Shown here: positions 57,741 through 64,000 of the stretch, piece by piece | How the letters are laid out: each line of letters opens with the position of its first letter | Numbering within the stretch: the first letter of the stretch is position 1 | Source: an uncultured Armatimonadetes bacterium | GTDB lineage: Bacteria > Armatimonadota > Hebobacteria > Hebobacterales > Hebobacteraceae | Length of the DNA: 64,000 bases | Assembly: GCA_963716175.1 (NCBI GenBank) | Contig: OY970296.1 | Location: 1,408,001 to 1,472,000, forward strand | Direction: 5' to 3' | Program-made: the position numbers and the translations under genes | Notes under the pieces: model-generated | What the model was told of the DNA's origin: nothing | The model's database searches: none | What the model saw: the letters and a program-made list of their open reading frames with translations, nothing else

Positions 57741-58970
57741 TCAGAAATCCCAATCCGGCGCGGGCGGCGGGAGGCGGAGGGCCCAGTCGAGTTCATGCAG
57801 CAGGGCTTGCGGGCCGGAGAGGTGATCGGTGACAGCGAGGCCGGTAGCGGGGCGGATGCCGAGCCAGAGGCGGGTGAAGGCGCCGACGCTGGCGGTGAGA
57901 GTGGGCAGCGCGGGGTCGCTGCCCATTGACGCGGCTGACGCGGGGCCGAGCGTGACCAGGTACTGGCCGGCCGCGCCGCGCCAGCCCGACTGCTCGGTAA
58001 GGAAGCGCTCGATGGGATCAGTGAGGTGGAGGTTGAAGCGCAGCTCCGGGCCAGGAAGGTGGGTCTTGGCGAGGCAGGCGGGCAGGTCGCAGATGCGCAT
58101 CTGCCAATAGGCGAAGGCCTCGGTGCCGCTCTCGAACCGGGACCGCTCACGCACCTCGTGGTGCTTGAAGGGCCGGTCCAAGAGGTCCTGGAGCTGGATG
58201 CCCTGTGGCTCCCGCATTCTCACCAGGTGCACCTGGTCGCCGAAGCTCTTGATCAAAGCCATCAGCTCCAGGAATTGCTCCCGAGTGTGAAAGGCCAGCC
58301 AATTCATGCTGTAAGGGCCCTGCTCCAGCCTTTCGGGATGGCACCAGAAGTAGTGGGTGAGTTCAGCGCTGGCTCCATCGCAGTAGCCCAGGCCGAAGCC
58401 GTTTTGCTGGCGCGTCATGTCCGCGCGAGTGAAGCAGGCCGCAGAGAGATTGCAGCCGCCGTGCCCGCGCTTGCGAGCGAGCCGGCCCTGATGGACCATC
58501 TCCCAGTCGTCCGGGCCTAATCGGCGAGGCACCCGCGGCCGGGCTGATACCCTGAGCTGGCTGGGATCGAATGCCACCCAGTGCTCGTAGCCTCCGGTGC
58601 CGAACCCGAGTTGGTCGTAGAAGCCCTGGTCGAAGATGCCCAGCCCGGCAAGCGCCGCTCCCCGCCCCACCGCGTCGGCCAGGGCGGCCGCGATGAGCCG
58701 CTTGGGGAACCCCTGCTTGCGGGCGATGCGGCTGGTGCTGACCCCGCTGATGCAGATGAAGGGCAGGTCCTCCTGCAGGTATCGCACCGAGCCCGGCGCG
58801 GTCTGGATCAGGCACTCCGCCTCGCCATTCAGCTCCGCCACCAGGGCGGGGCCGGCGTCGAGCCACCAGAACATGGGGTCTTCCTTGCCCTGGGGTAACC
58901 AGCCCACCTCATGCCAGATGCGCCGGACTGCTTCGCGGTCGCGGCTGGGATCGTAGCTGCGGAAAACCAT
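57741..58970 (-). CDS. Eis-like GNAT acetyltransferase with C-terminal SCP2-like domain
   Basis: ISGVSTSRIARKQG, GFYDQLGF, WQMRICDLPACL, LTDP..GQY. Confidence 0.75.
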   Translation of the reverse strand: MVFRSYDPSRDREAVRRIWHEVGWLPQGKEDPMFWWLDAGPALVAELNGEAECLIQTAPGSVRYLQEDLPFICISGVSTSRIARKQGFPKRLIAAALADAVGRGAALAGLGIFDQGFYDQLGFGTGGYEHWVAFDPSQLRVSARPRVPRRLGPDDWEMVHQGRLARKRGHGGCNLSAACFTRADMTRQQNGFGLGYCDGASAELTHYFWCHPERLEQGPYSMNWLAFHTREQFLELMALIKSFGDQVHLVRMREPQGIQLQDLLDRPFKHHEVRERSRFESGTEAFAYWQMRICDLPACLAKTHLPGPELRFNLHLTDPIERFLTEQSGWRGAAGQYLVTLGPASAASMGSDPALPTLTASVGAFTRLWLGIRPATGLAVTDHLSGPQALLHELDWALRLPPPAPDWDF

Positions 58971-59009
58971 CTCGCGGTTTCCTTCCTTGGAGGCAGAGCG
59001 ACTGGTCGG

Positions 59010-60410
59010 CTAGATGGCAGGCGCCGCCTCGTCGGGAGTGCCGGTGGCGCTCGCCTCCGGCGCCTCCTCCCCGGGCGGCGCGATCTCCTCGGTGACCTGG
59101 GCCTGGTCCACCAGGAACCGGAGGATCTTGCGGTGGTAGACCCGGTTGGCCAGGCGGTTCATCTCGGCGGAGTCGTGCAAGCGCTCCCGGAACCGGTCCG
59201 GGTCCATGTGCTCGGCCTCTGCCAGGCGATGGATCTCGGCCTCGATCTCTTCATCTGTGACCTCGATCTTCTCCCGCTCGCCAATCTCGTCCAGGATCAG
59301 GGCGCGGCGGGCGGTCTGGCGGGCCTCCGCCTCCAGATCGGCGCGCCAGTCCTCGAAGGAGAGGCCGGCCTGGCGCAAGTGCTGTTGGAGACCGAGGCCG
59401 CGCCGCTCCAGGTCCTGGGTGATCTCGTCAATGCGGCGGTCCGTCTCCCGGTCCACGAGCGCCTGCGGGATGTCCAGGGAAGTGGACTCGGAGACCTGGC
59501 GCAGCAATTGGCTCCGGAGGTCTTCCTCGGCGATGGCGCGGCCGATGGTCTCCAGGTTCTGGCGAATGCGATCCCGCAGGGCGGCCATGGTCTCGAGGTC
59601 CGAGACCTGCCGCGCGAATTCGTCATCGAGGTCCGGGAGCTGGCGGCGGCGCACCTGCCTGACCGTGACATGAAAGCGAGCCGTCTTGCCCGCGAGGGAA
59701 GGATCGGAATGCTGCTCCGGGTAGGTGACCTCGAAGTCCCGCGCCTCCTCCGGACGGGCGCCCAGCAGCTCCTTGTTCAGCTCCGGAAAGAGCTGATCTG
59801 CGCCCACCTCCAGGGGATAGCCGGAGGCGCTGGCCTCCTCTCGCTTCTCTCCATCTACGAACATCTCGTAGTCCACGACCGCGAGGTCGCCTGGCGCGAT
59901 GCCCGACTCGGCGGGCAGCTCCGTGAAGTGCGAATGGCGACTGCGGATGCGCTCCAGCTCGGCCTCCACCTGGGAGTCGGTGACAGGAGTGATGTGGCGC
60001 GTGGCCTGGAGGCCTTTGTAGTCACCGAGGGTGATTTCGGGGCGAACGGTAAGGGTAGCCTGGAAGGTGAGCGCGCCCTCCACGGTGAGGTCGGCGTTGG
60101 CGATGCGGGCCAGGTCGAGGGCCTTGATGCCGGCCTTCTCCCGCGCCTGCTCGTAGGCGTCGGTGAGGAGAGCGTCAATGATCTGCTCCTTGAGGGCCTG
60201 CTGATCCACGTAGCGCTCGACCACGGCGCGGGGGGCCTTTCCCCGGCGGAAGCCCGGGATGTTGGCGCGGCGGGCGAACTGGGCCAGCACCTGGTCTCGC
60301 GTCCCGCGCACCGGCTCGGCCGGGACGCGCACGCTGAGCTCGACCTGCCCCCCGGGGAGGGGCTTCACTTCCACCTCCACATCGAGGTGAGGCTTATCCG
60401 GGCTGGCCAA
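59010..60410 (-). CDS. tig: Trigger factor
   Basis: IPGFRRGKAP, PEITLGDYKGL, GDLAVVDY, LAGKTARF.V, PDLDDEFA; TTG start with AAGGAG. Confidence 0.95.
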   Translation of the reverse strand: MASPDKPHLDVEVEVKPLPGGQVELSVRVPAEPVRGTRDQVLAQFARRANIPGFRRGKAPRAVVERYVDQQALKEQIIDALLTDAYEQAREKAGIKALDLARIANADLTVEGALTFQATLTVRPEITLGDYKGLQATRHITPVTDSQVEAELERIRSRHSHFTELPAESGIAPGDLAVVDYEMFVDGEKREEASASGYPLEVGADQLFPELNKELLGARPEEARDFEVTYPEQHSDPSLAGKTARFHVTVRQVRRRQLPDLDDEFARQVSDLETMAALRDRIRQNLETIGRAIAEEDLRSQLLRQVSESTSLDIPQALVDRETDRRIDEITQDLERRGLGLQQHLRQAGLSFEDWRADLEAEARQTARRALILDEIGEREKIEVTDEEIEAEIHRLAEAEHMDPDRFRERLHDSAEMNRLANRVYHRKILRFLVDQAQVTEEIAPPGEEAPEASATGTPDEAAPAI

Positions 60411-60500
60411 GATACTGCTCCTTGTAGAAACGACCACCTCGCCGATGGCGCCGGCGAGGTGCTGTCAAGCGGCTGGCCGTGCCTGGGTCCGCTGATCAGG

Positions 60501-60575
60501 TGGAGCGGGAGAAGGGATTTGAACCCTCGACCCTCACCTTGGCAAGGTGACGCTCTACCACTGAGCTACTCCCGC
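60501..60575 (-). tRNA. tRNA-Gly(GCC)
   Basis: GCGGGAGTAGCTCAGTGGTAGAGCGTCACCTTGCCAAGGTGAGGGTCGAGGGTTCAAATCCCTTCTCCCGCTCCA cloverleaf with CCA. Confidence 0.96.
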
Positions 60576-60614
60576 CTGCACAAGCTGTTGCTAGCCGCTG
60601 CCGGTGTTGACACG

Positions 60615-60644
60615 GGTGACGCGCTACCACTGAGCTACTCCCGC
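60615..60644 (-). pseudogene. Duplicated 5' fragment of tRNA-Gly
   Basis: GCGGGAGTAGCTCAGTGGTAGCGCGTCACC matches 29/30 of the tRNA-Gly 5' end; no T-arm follows. Confidence 0.8.
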
Positions 60645-60665
60645 GCCTGCCGCTATCACCGCGGC

Positions 60666-60750
60666 TGGTGGGCGAGGGGAGACTCGAACTCCCACGGCTT
60701 TCGCCACAGGATCCTAAATCCGGCGCGTCTACCAGTTCCGCCACTCGCCC
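60666..60750 (-). tRNA. tRNA-Leu(TAG)
   Basis: GGGCGAGTGGCGGAACTGGTAGACGCGCCGGATTTAGGATCCTGTGGCGAAAGCCGTGGGAGTTCGAGTCTCCCCTCGCCCACCA; long variable arm. Confidence 0.95.
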
Positions 60751-60818
60751 CTTCGGCAAGCGCTTGCCAGGCCCAATGGGCATGGGTTTGGTCAAACGCG
60801 CGGAGTGCCGCGGGGCCT

Positions 60819-60848
60819 ATGATAGCCGCCCGCCGCGCGGGTTGTCAA
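60819..60848 (-). promoter_or_regulatory. sigma70 promoter of the tRNA-Leu/tRNA-Gly/tig unit
   Basis: TTGACA-N18-TATCAT followed by a GC-rich discriminator. Confidence 0.65.
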
Positions 60849-60876
60849 GGCGGCCGGGGGCGTGCCGGGCGGCGGC

Positions 60877-62250
60877 TCACTGCACGATGATCTCGAGGAA
60901 CGGGGCCTCGGGGATTTGGTTGATGGCGTAGACCGGGGTGCGGGCCGAGTTCACGGTCTTCATCACCTGGAGGTAGGAGTAGCTGCCCTCGGTCCAGATG
61001 CGCACGATGCCGTCGGCGGTGGTGCGCAGCTTCTCCAGCTCATTGGGGGGCACCACGTGGGGGCTGACCATGCCCAGCAGCACGGCCTTGGTGTTGCGTA
61101 TGCTCGCGGCCAGGTTAATGAAGGCCCGGTAGCCGACGGACTCGGGAAAAAGCGAGAACAGCCGGGAGAGATCCACCTGCAGCCGGCGGGGACGGCCGCC
61201 CTCGCCCCGAGTTAGCTGGTCCAGCTCGGCCATGAAGCTCTCGGGGGTGAGAGACTCGGCCTTGGTGCCGGCGGCATGAGTCCAGAGGAACTTGGCTTGG
61301 CCTGCCTCCACCTGCCGCTCCAGAGCCTCCTCGAGGCCGGCCGCCTTCATCAGCGCGCGCCAGCGAGACTGCTCGCTGCGCCCCGCGATGCGGATGTAGA
61401 TGTCCCCGGCCGCCAGCGCCTCTTTGGCGAAGCCAGCGTCGAGGATGTCCTGGTGCAGGGTGGAGTCAATCTCCATGAGGTAGAAGCCACCGTACGGGAT
61501 GCCACCTCCCAGCAGGTCGTCGAGCTGGGCAATCCCGGTAGAGACGGACTCCTCGAAGCGGTAGAAGGGCTTCTGGAACGGGGGCAGCACCCTGATCCCG
61601 GTGTCGGTGAAGAAAAAGAGGCTGGGGATGGGGATGTGGGGGGAGCCGCGGCTCTTCATCACCTCCATGAAGCGCATGTGGGAGTTGCCGACGTAAGTGC
61701 GGCTGAGCACGATCAGGGAGTCGGCGACGAACTCTTCCGGCCCGGTGCCCACTTCCTCCTGCTCGCGCAGTTCCCGCAGCAGCATGGCGGTGAGGGATTC
61801 TCTTTTCAGGGCATTGGCGAGACCGTAGACCGATTCCCGGAAGCGGTAGTGATCATGCTCGGCGTCGTGCAGGTGGGTGATGCTGTCCACCACCACGCGG
61901 CGGGCGCTGATCTCGGCGATCATCTCATTCACCAGGCCCTGATCGCGGACGATGTCCTGCTGCAGCACATCGGGGGAGGTGAACAGCACCTTGAGCTTGC
62001 CCTCCTCCTCCAGGCGGCGGAAATCCCAGCCGAAGCTCTCGGCATCCCGGTAGATGCGCTGCGGGAACTCCTCGAAGGTGATGAAAAGGCCCGCCTCCTG
62101 GTACTTGGTGATGCCATTGTAGAGAAACTGCATGCCCAAGCTGGTCTTGCCCGACCCCGGGGAGCCGGCCACCAGCACCGCGTCCCCCTGCAGGAAACCT
62201 CCGCACAGCAGTTGGTCCAGGCCCTCGATCCCTGTTCTCACCCGCTCCAT
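60877..62250 (-). CDS. KaiC/RAD55-like duplicated RecA-fold ATPase, second domain degenerate
   Basis: TGIEGLDQLL.GG, GSPGSGKT, ITFEE, VVDSIT, FVADS, KSRGS; second STGIAQLDDLLGGGIP lacks Walker A. Confidence 0.88.
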   Translation of the reverse strand: MERVRTGIEGLDQLLCGGFLQGDAVLVAGSPGSGKTSLGMQFLYNGITKYQEAGLFITFEEFPQRIYRDAESFGWDFRRLEEEGKLKVLFTSPDVLQQDIVRDQGLVNEMIAEISARRVVVDSITHLHDAEHDHYRFRESVYGLANALKRESLTAMLLRELREQEEVGTGPEEFVADSLIVLSRTYVGNSHMRFMEVMKSRGSPHIPIPSLFFFTDTGIRVLPPFQKPFYRFEESVSTGIAQLDDLLGGGIPYGGFYLMEIDSTLHQDILDAGFAKEALAAGDIYIRIAGRSEQSRWRALMKAAGLEEALERQVEAGQAKFLWTHAAGTKAESLTPESFMAELDQLTRGEGGRPRRLQVDLSRLFSLFPESVGYRAFINLAASIRNTKAVLLGMVSPHVVPPNELEKLRTTADGIVRIWTEGSYSYLQVMKTVNSARTPVYAINQIPEAPFLEIIVQ

Positions 62251-62296
62251 GCGCTCATCTCCTCGCTTGCGGTTGCACTTGGCACCGGCCGCGGCG

Positions 62297-62950
62297 CTAA
62301 CGACGCCGCGGCGGGAGGTATCGGTAGACATCAGCGCCCGGGTAGCTGATCTTCTGGATGAAGCGTCGCTGCTCGAGCAGGTCCAGTTCGTTCTGCACCG
62401 TGTCCACCTCCCGGCCCACCCGGAGCGCGATCTGGCGCGCGGTGTTCACAGTGTAGGGGTTGGCCTCGAGAAAAGAGATCAGCTTCTCCAGCCCTCCCAG
62501 GGAGGCGGCCATGCGCCCCAGCTCTCCGCTCACGCGGTAGGTGCGCAGCCCGCGGCGGATGCGATCGGCCAGTTGATGGAGCTTATCGGAGCGGCCGGCG
62601 GCGAGCTTCTGCAGGTCCGTGTCCGGCATGGAGCCGAGTTCGTCCCGCTCTCGCTCGCGCCGGGCGAGGAAGGTCTCCGCCTCCGTCACTGCTCCCTCCA
62701 GGCTATAGCCCTGGTCGAGCGCCTGCTTGATCAGGCAAACTTTCTCGATGGCCGCATAGTCGTAGCTGCGGCTGCCGCTGCGGTCGGCGGGCCGGATGAT
62801 GCCCTTGTCTGTCCAGTAGGAGAGCTGGCGAATCGAGACCCCACACAGATGGGCCGCCTGACCGATCCCCAACTCCAGCCGTTCCAGGAGCTTGCTGAGG
62901 TCTACCGGTCGCACCGCCGCCGCGCTCCGCTCGCGCGCAACCTCTGGCAT
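62297..62950 (-). CDS. MerR-type HTH plus C-terminal winged-helix protein
   Basis: GIGQAAHLCGVSIRQLSYWTDKGII..RSYD..QGYSLEGA; FLEANPYTVNTARQIALRVGR..ELDLLEQRRFI..VYRY; RBS AAGGAGG. Confidence 0.85.
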   Translation of the reverse strand: MPEVARERSAAAVRPVDLSKLLERLELGIGQAAHLCGVSIRQLSYWTDKGIIRPADRSGSRSYDYAAIEKVCLIKQALDQGYSLEGAVTEAETFLARRERERDELGSMPDTDLQKLAAGRSDKLHQLADRIRRGLRTYRVSGELGRMAASLGGLEKLISFLEANPYTVNTARQIALRVGREVDTVQNELDLLEQRRFIQKISYPGADVYRYLPPRRR

Positions 62951-63220
62951 ATGCTGCCTCCTTGGGTCCCCAGGGGTGCCCTCAGTCTCCCCGCGCCCTT
63001 ACTTCAACAACGATACCAGCGTGTGGCAAATCTAGCACGCGACTGTGCCCCCGTCAATACATGGTTGGTCCCTAATTTCGCCACGCTGGTCCAGAAGGTC
63101 CTGCTGCGATGTCGTTCGCACATGCCACAGGTGGCAGCCGCCTGGCAGGAAGGAGCCAGCGCCGCGAGAACGCCCCGTCACCGCCCGCTGGGGCGAGACC
63201 ATCGAGGGAGGTGGCTTCCC

Positions 63221-63760
63221 TTGCTGAACTGGCATCCGTCGTTCATGCTCAACGCGCACCCGCTCTTCGTGCACTATCCCATCGCTCTTTGGACGGCGCC
63301 CATCATCCTGGTTGTGCTCGGGCTCATCTTCCGCAAGCCCTGGCTGGAGACCGCGGGCGCGGCCGCCCTGGTGCTGGGAACCGCACTGGCCTTCGTCACC
63401 GCGGGCACCGGGCTGCATGCGGCCTGGACCGCGCCGCACCCGGAGGCCGCCCACGAGATCCTGGAGGACCACGAGACGCTGGCGTTCACCTCCTTCGGCC
63501 TGGCCGCGGTGCTCTCGATCTGGCGCCTCGCGTTCTGGCAGCGGTCGGGCCGGCTGCACTTCCTCTTCCCCGTCGCGCTGCTGGCGCTGTTCGTGCTGGT
63601 TTCCTTCACCGGCGACCGGGGCGGCCGGCTGGTCTATCGCTTCGGCGTGGGCACCACCGCGGTCAAGCTGCCGAGCGAGTGGAGCCACGAGTACGAGGTG
63701 ACGCACGGCGAGAAGGCGGGGCATCCGGCGCAGCCCGAGCCGCCTGCCCAGCATAGGTGA
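63221..63760 (+). CDS. DUF2231-like membrane protein
   Basis: HPLFVHYPIAL, AGTG, HE, TGDRGGRLVYRFGVG; RBS GGAGGTG. Confidence 0.8.
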   Translation: MLNWHPSFMLNAHPLFVHYPIALWTAPIILVVLGLIFRKPWLETAGAAALVLGTALAFVTAGTGLHAAWTAPHPEAAHEILEDHETLAFTSFGLAAVLSIWRLAFWQRSGRLHFLFPVALLALFVLVSFTGDRGGRLVYRFGVGTTAVKLPSEWSHEYEVTHGEKAGHPAQPEPPAQHR

Positions 63761-63827
63761 TGACGAGGATGGCAAGGCACTAGCCGCTGGGGGACAGGGA
63801 GGAGCCGAGCCGGGCCTGCGCCAGCGG

Positions 63828-63856
63828 TTTACAGAGACTTGCGACGGGGCTATACT
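63828..63856 (+). promoter_or_regulatory. sigma70-type promoter
   Basis: TTTACA-N17-TATACT. Confidence 0.55.
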
Positions 63857-63916
63857 CGTACTGCAATGGATGTGGTGTCATACAGCGAGTAGGCGCTGAG
63901 TGGCTGGGCGGAGAGC

Positions 63917-64000
63917 ATGATGGGGCAGAAGGCTGAACGAATCGCATATCCACTAACCTTTCTTCTCCGGCGAGAAGGCGGGCAGTGGTCTTCGCTGGCC
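63917..64000 (+). CDS. 5' part of a probable HicB-like protein (runs off the window's right edge)
   Basis: MMGQKAERIAYPLTFLLRREGGQWSSLA resembles a HicB N-terminus. Confidence 0.4.
   Translation, partial: MMGQKAERIAYPLTFLLRREGGQWSSLA

Noticed and set aside
60877-62250. Circadian clock kaiC
   Set aside because: The second domain lacks Walker A and the phosphorylation-site motif, and there is no kaiA or kaiB.
427-63775. Long antisense or alternate-frame ORFs in the track (e.g. 427-1407, 12201-14219, 41788-44058, 58911-60890, N-terminal part of 62132-63760)
   Set aside because: They are shadow ORFs expected in high-GC DNA, lying opposite genes with clear family motifs.

Overview
High-GC chromosomal window from a diderm bacterium with S-layer-homology (SLH) proteins. 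The gene content resembles Armatimonadota, but that is inference only. Core genes: dnaX-ybaB-recR, radC, queD-queC, larE, tig, tRNA-Gly(GCC) and tRNA-Leu(TAG). They are interspersed with carbohydrate/redox enzymes and many regulators. About nine genes, including recR, are split by single indels, which are most likely long-read assembly errors. No CRISPR array, prophage, integrase or transposase was seen. The strongest candidates for undescribed biology are: (1) an operon of two tandem cytoplasmic LacI-type ligand-binding-domain/histidine-kinase fusions feeding a phytochrome-type (Rcp1-like) receiver and two diguanylate cyclases, marked by the 12-mer TTGTGGAATAAC three times; (2) three overlapping secretin paralogues with no neighbouring secretion or pilus genes; (3) a Rex repressor with a Cys-rich N-terminal domain and no NADH-binding GxGxxG motif; (4) an Rv1830/McdR-like MerR-HicB fusion with hicA and a McdR-like operator; (5) a dispersed double-hairpin element with conserved loops and co-varying stems, plus GTAG-type REPs carrying interchangeable inner hairpins; (6) an unannotated 58-aa CxxCGC/zinc-ribbon protein; (7) a MerR-wHTH plus KaiC-like ATPase pair.
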